DNA from: Promethearchaeati archaeon
Lineage (GTDB): Archaea > Asgardarchaeota > Heimdallarchaeia > Heimdallarchaeales > Heimdallarchaeaceae
Length of the DNA: 64,000 bases
NCBI GenBank assembly: GCA_013166775.1
Contig: JABLTJ010000009.1
Location: 35,931-99,930, forward strand
Direction: 5' to 3'
Shown here: positions 48,540 to 59,166 of the stretch, piece after piece
Numbering within the stretch: position 1 is the stretch's first letter
How the letters are laid out: each line of letters starts with the position of its first letter
Notes under the pieces: model-generated
The model's database searches: none
Seen by the model: the letters and a program-made list of their open reading frames with translations, nothing else
Told to the model about the DNA's origin: nothing
Translations under genes and position numbers: made by a program

Positions 48540-49496
48540 TCACAACATTAATTTTCGTAGTTGAGCAGCTGCTGTTTCAGGTAAAGTCCCGTTGATAAAT
48601 GTATTAGTACTTGTTTCAACTGCTCCTAAAAGTTTTATAGATTTCTTATTCCTTTGTGGAGTGTGGAGTTTAAAATACATATGAAAAGCTGTTGAACCTT
48701 CAGAATTAATTGGACCCTGGTGGAGAGAAAGAGAATAGCTTACTTCTTTTTCAAAAAGTTTGTTCAAAGCTTTGATTGCAATTGGAAAGAAACTCAGCAT
48801 AGAAACCATTTCACTTCTTGTACATTGATGAAGAAAACTTATGTGTCTTTTTAGATAAATGAACAAATCATAAGAATATTTAGCAAAATAGGGAATTAAA
48901 ACAACTATATTTTCATCTTCATAGATTATTCGATCTTTGCCCTCTTGTTCAGTAGCAAGATAATCACACATCATACATTTATTGTGATTCTTTCGATACT
49001 CAAGAATAGTTTTCATTTCCCTCTTCATATAATCTGGAATAAAAGGAAACGCATAAATTTGTCCATGGGGGTGAAGTAAGGTTGCTCCTACTTCTTCTCC
49101 ATAATTCTCAAAAGGCAGAATATATTTCAAGTTCTTGTTAGAACCTAGCTGTTTAGTTGCTTGCATCCATGCTTCAAGAATCCCCATCGATTCATCTACA
49201 AGTAATTCAATGAACTTTGAATTATGCATATCTGTATATACAACTAATTCACAACAACCGTATCCACTAGTTTTTTCATAAAAGGAGTCTTTCTTGTATT
49301 TTTTGTATTCTACATCTTTTGAAAGAGCGGGAAACTTATTAGAAATTCTAAGAGGTTTAGTAAAAGTAGGAACTTCTTCGGATCCTGAACACAAAGGACA
49401 TTTACTACTATCTCTATCTGGTCTGTCCTGCCTTATTTCTGAGAATATAACAACCTCACCTGTAAAAGGATTTTTTCTTATTTCTCGAACACTCAT
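48540..49496 (-). CDS. galT: Galactose-1-phosphate uridylyltransferase
   Basis: 'R.NPFTGE', 'RQDRP', 'CPLC', 'NKFP', 'FENYG..VGATL.HPHGQ'. Confidence 0.93.
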   Translation of the reverse strand: MSVREIRKNPFTGEVVIFSEIRQDRPDRDSSKCPLCSGSEEVPTFTKPLRISNKFPALSKDVEYKKYKKDSFYEKTSGYGCCELVVYTDMHNSKFIELLVDESMGILEAWMQATKQLGSNKNLKYILPFENYGEEVGATLLHPHGQIYAFPFIPDYMKREMKTILEYRKNHNKCMMCDYLATEQEGKDRIIYEDENIVVLIPYFAKYSYDLFIYLKRHISFLHQCTRSEMVSMLSFFPIAIKALNKLFEKEVSYSLSLHQGPINSEGSTAFHMYFKLHTPQRNKKSIKLLGAVETSTNTFINGTLPETAAAQLRKLML

Positions 49497-49629
49497 TGAA
49501 AGAAGTAAAGTTCAGTTGTTATTTAATTTCTTCTAATACTCTGAAGTAAGCATTTTTGAAAAACTATAATCTTTTCTTCTAATGGAAAGGTAGTTTCAAA
49601 ATTCCCAAAACCTTTATAATTCTTCGTAG

Positions 49630-50871
49630 ATGTTCTTTCTTGTGTATTCTACAGTAATTTTACATGCAAATCTACAATATGCTGAAATTCCGGTTGAGGA
49701 AATTCCAAATGTGGTTCACCAAAGTTACATACCTGTTTTAACTTCATTGTTAGAGATTCCTAAAATTGAAGTTGTTCTAAACTTCACAGGTGTAACTTTA
49801 GAGATTCTCAATAATGAATACCCCGAAGTTTTAGACTTACTAAAGGAAGGAATAGAAAAGGGAAAATTCGAAATGACAGGAACGGGATATTCTCATCCCA
49901 TCTTTCCACTACTTCCAATTGAAGACTCAAGAAAACAAATAGAGTTTAATCTTCAGGTTATGGAAAATACACTTAACTACAAACCAACTGGATTCTGGTT
50001 ACCAGAATTAGCATATGATCCAACGTTACCATCTTTATTGAAAGAATATGGATTTTCCTATATATTTATTGATGAAGAATTATACAACACTAGTTCTCCT
50101 CTTCTAAACTATTCTAATCCGAACAATTTGCCCTACACCTCTGCTCATCATTATATTACAGAATTAAATAAGTCGAAGAATTTGTTAGGGAGATTACTAA
50201 AATTTCGTCGAGCTTTATCAGAGCTTAAGAAGCGTAGTAAAAGAGCTAATTTTGCACCAGTTGAGTTGAAAGGAGCTAAAAGTACGATTACAGGTTTGAA
50301 AATTCCTTCTGTTTGGTCGATTATTACTTCAGCAAGTATGTATGGTTACCCTTTCGTTTCCTTTAGGAAAATTGCTAAATTAATTTCAAAACATAGAAAG
50401 CAAAACGGACTAGTGATTCCATATGGTACAGATTTAGAGTTTATTGGTTACAGAAGTTTGGTTGATGGAAAATTAATAACACCAGAACAACTTAGAAAGC
50501 TTTTGATGAAAATTCTCAAAATCGAGGGTAATGAGATGATTCTTCCAAAGGAATATATTAAGAAGTGTAAACCTACAGATTTAGGGTATTTGAAGACAGG
50601 CAGTTGGGCTCAAAATCAGAGACTTGATTTATGGACAATGGATGAAGATAATCAAAAATTAGAGAGGATTTGTGAAGAAATTCGTTGGTATTTCAGACAA
50701 TTTCTTTCAGAAGAAATAGATGAAAGAATATGGAAGCACCTATTATTAGCTGAAAACAGTGACGGAAGAGGATGGGATCCTATCCCTGAGAGAAGACTTG
50801 CTTGTTTTTCACATGCTTTAGAAGCACTTAGTCTTGTAAAGGAGCTTTATAGAGAAAAAAAATTCAAATAG
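49630..50871 (+). CDS. Glycoside hydrolase family 57, alpha-galactosidase-like
   Basis: 'HANLQYAEIP', 'GFWLPELAY', 'GTDLEFIGY', 'AENSDGRGW' as in Thermococcales GH57 alpha-galactosidases. Confidence 0.85.
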   Translation: MFFLVYSTVILHANLQYAEIPVEEIPNVVHQSYIPVLTSLLEIPKIEVVLNFTGVTLEILNNEYPEVLDLLKEGIEKGKFEMTGTGYSHPIFPLLPIEDSRKQIEFNLQVMENTLNYKPTGFWLPELAYDPTLPSLLKEYGFSYIFIDEELYNTSSPLLNYSNPNNLPYTSAHHYITELNKSKNLLGRLLKFRRALSELKKRSKRANFAPVELKGAKSTITGLKIPSVWSIITSASMYGYPFVSFRKIAKLISKHRKQNGLVIPYGTDLEFIGYRSLVDGKLITPEQLRKLLMKILKIEGNEMILPKEYIKKCKPTDLGYLKTGSWAQNQRLDLWTMDEDNQKLERICEEIRWYFRQFLSEEIDERIWKHLLLAENSDGRGWDPIPERRLACFSHALEALSLVKELYREKKFK

Positions 50872-50961
50872 ATTTAGTAAAGTAAGAAGAAAAACAGCAA
50901 TACTTATAATGAGCTTTTGGTTATGCTAGACATTCGCTATTAGCAAAGATGATGGGGTAAA

Positions 50962-51795
50962 ATGCAAATAGAAATATTCATTCATGAAGAAAATTGTGAC
51001 CACTGTAAACCAACACTGAAATTCTTAACAGCAGTACTAAGTGCTCTTAAAACAGAAGAAGTTAAGCTAATAGTACATCAAGTCAGCAAAAGTAAAGAAT
51101 CAGCAGAGAAAAAAGGTATTCCGTTAAGTCCCTTACCTGCGATTTTGCTCCCCTCAGGTTGTGTAATCTCAGGTTCTTTATCACATGATCTAATTGGGAT
51201 TTTAATCTGCAGTCTTTTATCTAAATCAAAAGTACCAATACAATCAAATGATAATTTTGAATTAACCAAAAAAGAAGCTCAGACTTTGTTAGAACTAGCT
51301 TCAGCTATGATAGAATATCAGGCTGCTTACACTCTGAGAAGAGACAGATCTTACACTTTCAGTATTAAAGAAACAACTGATAAAGTCCCTCTAGAAAGAT
51401 ATCAACAATTAGCTAAAAACACAAAAATGATGATATTAACAAACTTTGAGAAAAAACCTGATACTAAACTGTATGAACTCGGTTTAGATCCCAATGTTTA
51501 CCTTGGACATATTATCAGGGATAACATAATGCTTACAGCTAATTTGATAATCTGGAGAGATAGAGCAAATCATGTAAGTTTTTTCAGGGTTAAAAAAATA
51601 AATGGTGATAAGTATATTGGGAAATGTTCTTGCCTTCTTGGTGATGGAAAGCAAATGATTCGAGAATTCTTCAAACCTTTCTTTTTAACATCTGCTACTA
51701 TAGATTCAGATGGTTCTAAAGGTTCTGGACAAAACAGAATCGTTGCTAGTGTAAAAGAAATAAGTAACGATTTGGAACAATTAATCAGGAGATAA
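50962..51795 (+). CDS. Thioredoxin-like N-terminal domain fused to an unknown (possibly DICT-like sensory) domain
   Basis: 'IEIF...CDHC' and cis-Pro-like 'LPAI'; the C-terminal assignment is weak. Confidence 0.5.
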   Translation: MQIEIFIHEENCDHCKPTLKFLTAVLSALKTEEVKLIVHQVSKSKESAEKKGIPLSPLPAILLPSGCVISGSLSHDLIGILICSLLSKSKVPIQSNDNFELTKKEAQTLLELASAMIEYQAAYTLRRDRSYTFSIKETTDKVPLERYQQLAKNTKMMILTNFEKKPDTKLYELGLDPNVYLGHIIRDNIMLTANLIIWRDRANHVSFFRVKKINGDKYIGKCSCLLGDGKQMIREFFKPFFLTSATIDSDGSKGSGQNRIVASVKEISNDLEQLIRR

Positions 51796-51797
51796 AA

Positions 51798-51980
51798 CTA
51801 TAACTTTTTCTTCAAATTTCCGAAACCATCGCAGAGTCCATATTTTAACATACACTCCCCACTTTTAGTGATAAAATACTTACAATAACCCCCCATAATA
51901 GGATGATATTTTTCGCAAGTGGCATCTGGATTTTCGTCACTCGAATCTTTGCCGCTTGGAGGAAGTGGTATATCGACCAT
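51798..51980 (-). CDS. Small Cys-rich protein
   Basis: 60-aa ORF with four Cys and a His; TATA-like site upstream. Confidence 0.55.
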   Translation of the reverse strand: MVDIPLPPSGKDSSDENPDATCEKYHPIMGGYCKYFITKSGECMLKYGLCDGFGNLKKKL

Positions 51981-52052
51981 TTTTCTGACCTTATAGAGAT
52001 ATGAAACTCCCTAGATTATATAACGTTTTTTGTAATTATATCCAACCTATCT

Positions 52053-52199
52053 TTAGAAATAGTTAGGATTTAATCTTTCACAGTTTGGACACTTTTCATC
52101 GTGTTTATCTAAAGGAGTACTGCAACCAGAACACTTGAATGGTTTCTCTATCTCATTCACATCCTTTGACTTATCCTTGTCAGAAAAATGTTCAAACAT
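52053..52199 (-). CDS. Zinc-ribbon microprotein (48 aa; below the ORF track cutoff)
   Basis: MFEHFSDKDKSKDVNEIEKPFKCSGCSTPLDKHDEKCPNCERLNPNYF*; CxxC-x10-CPxC. Confidence 0.65.
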   Translation of the reverse strand: MFEHFSDKDKSKDVNEIEKPFKCSGCSTPLDKHDEKCPNCERLNPNYF

Positions 52200-52361
52200 A
52201 CTAAGGACAAATATAGTTGAAGATATTAATAATTATTGCGGAGATTTCAGTCCTTTTATCTATTTTGGATACTTGTAGTTGAAATATGCACAGTCACAAC
52301 TCTTATTATAGAACATCTTTCAAATTATGTTTAAAGATATTGAAATGACGAGGCGAGAGAT

Positions 52362-53885
52362 ATGGTTAAATTAATCATAAAAATAGAAAAAATATTAGAT
52401 ACGGAGCCTGATTATTGCTTATTTAATTCAGAATTAGCTCAAAAATACGAAATTATGCCAGGACAACTCGTAGAGATTTCTCCTTTCAATGTTGGTCTGA
52501 AAGTATATACAAGTGACAATTATCCAAAGAATCAAGTAGGAATATCAAGTAAAATCTCAAAAGAATATGGAATTCTTAAGGGATCAGAAATTGTAGTAAA
52601 GGAAATTACAAATGAAAACATTATTCATCTTCTTCATAAAAAAATGAGGGGAGACACTCTTAAAGAAGAGGAGATATATTCAATCTTTAAATCAATAGAT
52701 AAGAATTTGATGCATCCAACACAAATAGCTGTTCTTATGTCTTTGTTTCAAGTTCAAGGATTAACATTAGAAGAAACCACATCTATAGCAAAAGCAATTA
52801 TTATTAATTCTCAAAAATTAAATCCGAAAAAGAAGCCAGTAGTAGATAAACATAGTATTGGCGGTATAGCTGGCAATAGAATTACTCCAGTAATGATACC
52901 TATACTAGCTGCAGCAGGTTTAACAATTCCTAAAGTATCAACAAGAGCAATAACTTCTCCCGCAGGCACTATAGACGCTGTAGAATTATTGATGCCTTGT
53001 GAGCTTACTCTTGAAGAGATGACATATGTAGTGGATAATGCTGGAGGGTGTATAGTAAGTGGTGAAACAGTAGGTTTAGCTGATGTTTCGGATAAGATTA
53101 TTAATGTCCTCGAAACAATAAAAATCGATCCAAGAGAATTTATGGTAGCAAGCATACTTTCAAAGAAAATTGCTGCAGGATCAGAATATGTTTTAATTGA
53201 TTTACCTACTGGGAAAGGAGCAAAAGTTGTTCACAGAGAAAATGCTCAAGAATTAGGAAGTCTTTTCACTACTATTGGTTATGCTCTAAAAATAAAACTG
53301 GATTGTATAATTAGCCCAGGTGATAGACCAATAGGTAGTATGATTGGTCCAGCTTTAGAAGCTAGAGATGCTCTGAAAATACTAGAAAATCAAAGTGGAA
53401 GTAGCGATCTGATGAGAAAAGCGCTTTCACTCTCAGGTATAATTTTTGAGGCTCATAACTGGTGTCCAAGAGGATATGGTTTTGAATATTCAGAAGATAT
53501 ATTAAGAAGTGGAAAAGCCCTATCAAAATTCAGGGATATAGTTGAAATGCAAGGTGGAAATAGAGATATTACAGAAGATGATATTCCAAAAGCTGACTAT
53601 GTGGAATCTATTGTTGCAAAGGATGATGGTGTAGTTTATGGTGTAGAAAGTGCACAGATTTCTACAATTGCTAGACAAGCAGGAGCACCAAGCGACAAAA
53701 CAGCAGGTGTCGTGTTGAAAATAAAAAGAGGAGAACGATTCAAAAAGGGAGACACTCTATTTGAGATTCACTCTTCATCTGAAGAAAGACTTACTTCTGC
53801 AATAAAACTTGCAACCTCTGACTTTGAACCTATTGACACAGAGAAGATGATCCTTGAGATTATTAGAGGACCAAAGGAGTTGTAA
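52362..53885 (+). CDS. AMP phosphorylase (thymidine phosphorylase family)
   Basis: N-terminal extension; 'DKHSIGG..GN', 'K.S.RAITSPAGT.D', 'SILSKK', 'AGAP.DK.AG'. Confidence 0.92.
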   Translation: MVKLIIKIEKILDTEPDYCLFNSELAQKYEIMPGQLVEISPFNVGLKVYTSDNYPKNQVGISSKISKEYGILKGSEIVVKEITNENIIHLLHKKMRGDTLKEEEIYSIFKSIDKNLMHPTQIAVLMSLFQVQGLTLEETTSIAKAIIINSQKLNPKKKPVVDKHSIGGIAGNRITPVMIPILAAAGLTIPKVSTRAITSPAGTIDAVELLMPCELTLEEMTYVVDNAGGCIVSGETVGLADVSDKIINVLETIKIDPREFMVASILSKKIAAGSEYVLIDLPTGKGAKVVHRENAQELGSLFTTIGYALKIKLDCIISPGDRPIGSMIGPALEARDALKILENQSGSSDLMRKALSLSGIIFEAHNWCPRGYGFEYSEDILRSGKALSKFRDIVEMQGGNRDITEDDIPKADYVESIVAKDDGVVYGVESAQISTIARQAGAPSDKTAGVVLKIKRGERFKKGDTLFEIHSSSEERLTSAIKLATSDFEPIDTEKMILEIIRGPKEL

Positions 53886-53893
53886 TCAGAAAA

Positions 53894-54415
53894 ATGATCA
53901 ATAGTGGGGAGAAGGATTTCTGCTTTCGAATCTTTAGAAATTCTACTTCTCTTGATATAGATTTATTACTTGAATTTTTGAGAGAAAGAAGCTCCAATAA
54001 GGTAATACTTCAGATTTTAGACCCCAACCTCCTCATTAGTGTAAAGCAACTTCAATCTGCAGTTTATCATACAGAAAAATCTTTTGAAAGTAAGCGAAAT
54101 ATTGCAAGAACTAGAGCTAATGAATTTCTCATCCGTTTAGCAGGTAAAAGGCAGATCTCCAACGCATTGAAGCTTCTTGGTATTAAAGAATCTAGTCAAT
54201 ATTTACTCATTATAGCTTTTGGAACAACGTTAGAAAATAATAAGAAAGAATTAGAGAAATTTGTAAAGCAATTTAGTTTAATTGAGTATGAAGCTAAGAA
54301 TAGTCTTCCAATATCAAAATTGAAGGTCTTAAGCACATATTATGAATGTCAAGAAGATTTAATAGAAATTGAAAAAACAGCTTTAGAGAAAATTGCTTCT
54401 GTAGAGATTCTATAA
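53894..54415 (+). CDS. cgi121: KEOPS complex subunit Cgi121
   Basis: 'NIART..NEFLIRLAGKRQISNALK.LG'. Confidence 0.88.
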   Translation: MINSGEKDFCFRIFRNSTSLDIDLLLEFLRERSSNKVILQILDPNLLISVKQLQSAVYHTEKSFESKRNIARTRANEFLIRLAGKRQISNALKLLGIKESSQYLLIIAFGTTLENNKKELEKFVKQFSLIEYEAKNSLPISKLKVLSTYYECQEDLIEIEKTALEKIASVEIL

Positions 54416-55450
54416 TTAGTATGATGGAATCCAAGCTTTCAATAACGGTAATCCCATCTCTAGATATTGTTTAACAATTTCAGTAATTCTGTCTAGTTGT
54501 TCTTGCTCTTTCTGTGGGGAAGAAAATATCAAAGGTTTTAATTTATGAACCATTCCAGTTAAAGATCCAATACCTGCAGTACTGTAAGCTATTTTTCCGC
54601 TTCCAGTTCTAAAGAAATGATCAGATTCTACTAACAATTTGTTAAACCAAAGCGGATGTGCAGACATTATTTTGAAGCCATCACTTTTGGGATAAGATGT
54701 TGATTTAGATATATGTTGATTAAATTTCTCAATTGCAGTTTTATTTGGATGAAAAACATTCCTACTGATTACACCCTTAACATAGGTTTGAACTGTTTCA
54801 GTTTGCTCAATAATATGAAAAGGTAATATTGTTGATACTTCAGTTATTGTAGCATCAATCTTATCAGACTGGTAAATTTTTTCTGCTGTATATATTTTTC
54901 CTAATAAATCAAGTGGTAAGCAGATACCATTTATCTCAAGATAGTCTTCTAAATAATTTCCACTGTCTACAGCAAATTCTGAATAATATATTCCAGGTCC
55001 AAAAATAACTGCAATTCTCTCATCTGTTAATTCCTTAAAGGTTTGAGTTTCATCAGTTAGCATAACAATGGTGTCTCGTCTCAAATCCAATACTGGTTTA
55101 TCCAGATAGACACCCTTAGTTGGTGTTTCAATGAGTTTAGTCCAAGAAGTAATAATTAGGAGAGAATTAAGATGTCGGGATTCCATTTCTTGAAGTCGCA
55201 TATTTCTCTTTTTATTCTGTAGTTCTAGAATTTCTGTGTCGATTCTTTTTAGAACATGTTCTGCTTCTGGAAGACGTCTAGGGTAACCTTCATCTGACAT
55301 AAATGCTATAAGTTCTCTTAGAGGAATATCACCGGTATCAAAGTCATAAAAATTCCCCCCAGTTCCATAATATTCTTTTAAGAGTTCTAGTAATTGTATC
55401 CTAAGATCTACTTCTTTGTATTCTTCAGAATCTTCGACTTTGAGAGACAT
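54416..55450 (-). CDS. Hypothetical protein
   Basis: Long clean ORF; no recognised motif. Confidence 0.7.
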   Translation of the reverse strand: MSLKVEDSEEYKEVDLRIQLLELLKEYYGTGGNFYDFDTGDIPLRELIAFMSDEGYPRRLPEAEHVLKRIDTEILELQNKKRNMRLQEMESRHLNSLLIITSWTKLIETPTKGVYLDKPVLDLRRDTIVMLTDETQTFKELTDERIAVIFGPGIYYSEFAVDSGNYLEDYLEINGICLPLDLLGKIYTAEKIYQSDKIDATITEVSTILPFHIIEQTETVQTYVKGVISRNVFHPNKTAIEKFNQHISKSTSYPKSDGFKIMSAHPLWFNKLLVESDHFFRTGSGKIAYSTAGIGSLTGMVHKLKPLIFSSPQKEQEQLDRITEIVKQYLEMGLPLLKAWIPSY

Positions 55451-55532
55451 AATCTATGCATTCTTCCACAAATTTTATTGTCGAGTATATTACATTGGTT
55501 CTCTTTATGTATTTATTCTTTGTGACGATAAG

Positions 55533-56516
55533 CTAGGACGTGGGATACTCACCTGTTTCAATTAAATGCGAAGCAGATTTGATTGCGAATCTCAGAGCAT
55601 CTTCTTCAGATGAAGAATTGAACAGAGAATGCAAGAATGCGCCATTAAAACAATCTCCAGCACCAACAAATGTTTTCATTGTTTTTAGCTTTAAAGTAGG
55701 GAATTTGATTACTTTATGATTGTAATATCTTACTTCCTTAGAAGTATGAAAAACAATAGGAAATCCAAGATGCTTAGAGAGTTCTTCTGGAGTTTTGTTA
55801 AATATAGATTGAAGTGCTTTAAGTTCATTTTCATTAACAGAAAGATATTTCTCACCTTCGAAATTATGTAGAAATTCTAGGAATTTAGCGAATTCTTTGA
55901 TTCTTAGAAAATGAGAAATGTCGGATGGATCAATAAATATTATGCCATCAAAAGCAGCATCCTTAATTTTACTAAGAGTATCAAAAGGAGATGGCTGATT
56001 TTTCATATCTTCAACCAGTTCAAAATCTACAAGAGAGATTAGTAAGGAGCTTATCCACTCAATAGATGTAGGATTCAGTGAGACATTACTTATTGATTTT
56101 ATTGGACTGTTTCTATATCTCTCCACAAGTTCTTCATTCAAATGCTCATACGATAAGAAACTCCTTACTGAGTTAAATTGAGTTTCTCCGTTCTTTCGAT
56201 TTAATATAGCAGTATAACTTACATCTGAATTCTTAATAGGGTAAATTTCAATTGGAATTTTATTCTCTTTTACTATTTGTTCAAAAAAAATTGATGATGG
56301 TCCGACGTATGTAACTTTGCGACCTAGATGTGCTAATGCTCTACAAAAATTAAAACCATTTCCTCCAGGTCTAAATTCAATTTTATTATTTCTATGATGA
56401 GAACCAATTACAGGTATTTCTTGGATTAATTCGTTTGTTTCTAGATCATAAGGCTGAATATCAATATCGATAAAAGTTAGATCAAAACCTCCAAAGATGG
56501 TTGAGATTTTTTTCAT
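55533..56516 (-). CDS. PfkB/ribokinase family carbohydrate kinase
   Basis: 'PGGNGFN...LAHLG', 'NENE', 'VGAGDCFNGAF'. Confidence 0.88.
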   Translation of the reverse strand: MKKISTIFGGFDLTFIDIDIQPYDLETNELIQEIPVIGSHHRNNKIEFRPGGNGFNFCRALAHLGRKVTYVGPSSIFFEQIVKENKIPIEIYPIKNSDVSYTAILNRKNGETQFNSVRSFLSYEHLNEELVERYRNSPIKSISNVSLNPTSIEWISSLLISLVDFELVEDMKNQPSPFDTLSKIKDAAFDGIIFIDPSDISHFLRIKEFAKFLEFLHNFEGEKYLSVNENELKALQSIFNKTPEELSKHLGFPIVFHTSKEVRYYNHKVIKFPTLKLKTMKTFVGAGDCFNGAFLHSLFNSSSEEDALRFAIKSASHLIETGEYPTS

Positions 56517-56527
56517 TTGTTATCATC

Positions 56528-58561
56528 TCACATTTTTTCTAAATAATCTATTCCTATCACTTCAAATAGACTTTCCAGACATTTTAGAAAACAATAAACA
56601 ATGAGCAATCTAGAATCTCTGAGAGTATCTGGATTTGCTTTCAGAACAGGGCAAGAATCATAAAACTTGTGAAAAGCTGCTACTAAAGAATATGTGAAGT
56701 TTGCTACTGAATCTGGTCTCAGGGATTCCGCTGCTTTCACTAGAATGTATGGAAGTTCTTCCATCATTTTGATTAATTCCCACTCTTCCTCTTTTTCGAT
56801 ATCAAAATTCATCTGTTCAGCATTCGAGAGTATTTCTTGTATTTCAAGACTATTCTCTTTTGCTTTCTTAATTATATTCAGAGCTCTTGCATAAGAATAT
56901 TGAAGAAATGGTCCAGTATTTTCATTAAGATTAACAGCCTTCTTAACATCAAAAACAACTAATTTCTTTGGATCCATTCTTAGGATAAAATATTTGATAC
57001 TACTTGTTGCAACTTTTTCCGAAATATTTTTAGCTTCCTCTTCCGAATAATCTCTCTCTTCTAGAAGAATGTTAACTTCATCTTTTACTAAATCATACAC
57101 TTCATCAGGAGTTACATATTCAAATTCTCTTCCAGCCATTTTACGTCCTACCAGATTCACAGTCTCAAAATCAAAGTGCTCGATTTTATCTGCAATATCT
57201 GGTTCTCCTAAACCGTAGAGAGCTAGTTTTACAGTGAGCTGGGGGAATTGCTGCTCTTTACCTACTACATTGTAACAGTAACTTGCATTAAATTTTTCTA
57301 ACTTATGAAGATGGTAAGCTATATCTCGACAGGGGTAAAGAGTAATTCCTTCAGAGTTGACTATTATTGAAGAAGGCATTTCGTATTTTAGATTGTATTT
57401 TTCCTTGAAACCTAGATTTGTACCAATTTTATCATTATCTAATAATCTGGCTTTTCCATCATGAATCAAGAATTTGTTCTTCTCAAGTTTTACAAGAATT
57501 GTTTCAACTTCACCTGACCATGCAACATCTGATTCCCAATCAAAATCATCATGAAAGATATTAAACAAATTTAGAGTTTCTACATGCCCTGCTAATGCTT
57601 CTTGTGTAACTTTTCTGAATTTTGAAACTAATTCTTTATCTTTTCCTTTTTGATATTCTATTACATACTCCATAGTGAGTTGGTTTAAATCTGTAATTTG
57701 CTTCGAAGTCAGTTTTCTCAACTCGAGATAGACATCTGGGATTCTTTCTTCCAAAGAATTTTGAACTCTAAATAATTTATCAATGCTCTCAAAAATTTGT
57801 TCTTTCTCTGTTCCTCTAAGCTTATGATCTTTTAGAACTTCTTTACATTTACTTGTTTCTTCAAGAGAAAGAGAATATAAATTATCCTTGCTGGTTCCCT
57901 TAATACCGATACTGTTTAAATGCTCCTTCAGTTGCTGTATTTCTAGAAAAGTATTCATCGTTGCGTAGATTTTTCCTATCCAGAGATCAACTTTAATATT
58001 TGGCTCAATCCCTTTTTCTTTCAATAAGTGATATCCTATAATCAATGGAGCTATCTGTCTCCCTAAATCATTTACATAATATCGAAAGTTTACTGCAGCT
58101 CCCATGAATCTGAATAACCTACCGATTACATCACCTAAAATTGAATTACGAAAATGACCTATATGTAATGGACCTGTTGGATTGCTCGAAGTATGTTCTA
58201 CTATAATTCGTTCTGAAGATTTGATTGTACTTTGCCCATATTTTGCATCACTTAAAATCTTAAGAAGAGTGTCGAGTGAGAAACTCTGTTTATTCAGATA
58301 TAGGTTAAGAAAACCTCCCTGTATTTCAACTTTATTAATATATTTAGGTTCTGAGAAAGATTCCTGAATAGCAATTGCTAGCTCTGAAGGAGGTATTGAT
58401 AGTTGTTTTGCAACATTAAACAACGGAAAACTAATGTCACCTAAATCAGATGAGGGAGGTTTTGACCATATTAAGGAAGTTTTCAAATCATATTTATCTT
58501 CCAAAATTTTCTCAAGGATGTTCTTTTGATATTCATAAATTCTCTCTGTCATAAAATACAT
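56528..58561 (-). CDS. argS: Arginine--tRNA ligase
   Basis: 'EHTSSNPTGPLHIGH.RN', 'KMAGR', 'GPFLQYSYARA', 'FHKFY..CPVL'. Confidence 0.95.
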   Translation of the reverse strand: MYFMTERIYEYQKNILEKILEDKYDLKTSLIWSKPPSSDLGDISFPLFNVAKQLSIPPSELAIAIQESFSEPKYINKVEIQGGFLNLYLNKQSFSLDTLLKILSDAKYGQSTIKSSERIIVEHTSSNPTGPLHIGHFRNSILGDVIGRLFRFMGAAVNFRYYVNDLGRQIAPLIIGYHLLKEKGIEPNIKVDLWIGKIYATMNTFLEIQQLKEHLNSIGIKGTSKDNLYSLSLEETSKCKEVLKDHKLRGTEKEQIFESIDKLFRVQNSLEERIPDVYLELRKLTSKQITDLNQLTMEYVIEYQKGKDKELVSKFRKVTQEALAGHVETLNLFNIFHDDFDWESDVAWSGEVETILVKLEKNKFLIHDGKARLLDNDKIGTNLGFKEKYNLKYEMPSSIIVNSEGITLYPCRDIAYHLHKLEKFNASYCYNVVGKEQQFPQLTVKLALYGLGEPDIADKIEHFDFETVNLVGRKMAGREFEYVTPDEVYDLVKDEVNILLEERDYSEEEAKNISEKVATSSIKYFILRMDPKKLVVFDVKKAVNLNENTGPFLQYSYARALNIIKKAKENSLEIQEILSNAEQMNFDIEKEEEWELIKMMEELPYILVKAAESLRPDSVANFTYSLVAAFHKFYDSCPVLKANPDTLRDSRLLIVYCFLKCLESLFEVIGIDYLEKM

Positions 58562-58762
58562 GTCTCCTACTAATGTATTGAAGTCCTAAATATCTATACT
58601 TGGAAGCTTATTCTTACTTCTTCAAAGCTTGACTAAAAATACTTAAACTTTCCTTCTATTAATTTGTTTTACAAAAGTTTATATTTTTTATAATTTGGGA
58701 TGGGATAAAGAGAACAGATATATAGATGTTTTCTGAGTTCAATTTAATTATTCAAATATAGA

Positions 58763-59104
58763 ATGGGGATTCAAATGGTTAAAGTACAGAATGTTACAAA
58801 AGATGAATTTGACAAAATACTTGACAATGAAACAAAACCAATAATTGTTGATACATGGGCTCCATGGTGCGGTCCTTGTAAGAGTATTGAACCTTACTTT
58901 GAACAGCTTTTCGATAAATATAAAGAGAAATTAAGATTTCTTAGAATGAACATGGACGAAGAACCCATTTTTGCTCAAAAGTATATGATTGCTAGTCTTC
59001 CCACTTTCATAATTTTCAAGGAAGGAAAACCCTTTAATTCTATGATTGGAGCTAATCGAGGAAAACTTTTGAAGCTAATAGAAGAATCAGTAAAAGAAGA
59101 TTGA
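58763..59104 (+). CDS. trxA: Thioredoxin
   Basis: 'WAPWCGPCK', 'LPTF'. Confidence 0.93.
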   Translation: MGIQMVKVQNVTKDEFDKILDNETKPIIVDTWAPWCGPCKSIEPYFEQLFDKYKEKLRFLRMNMDEEPIFAQKYMIASLPTFIIFKEGKPFNSMIGANRGKLLKLIEESVKED

Positions 59105-59166
59105 AGCAGTTAAATTTTTAGGGAGATGATTTCTTTATTTTTAGTAACAGCTATTTGTGTGAGTAA

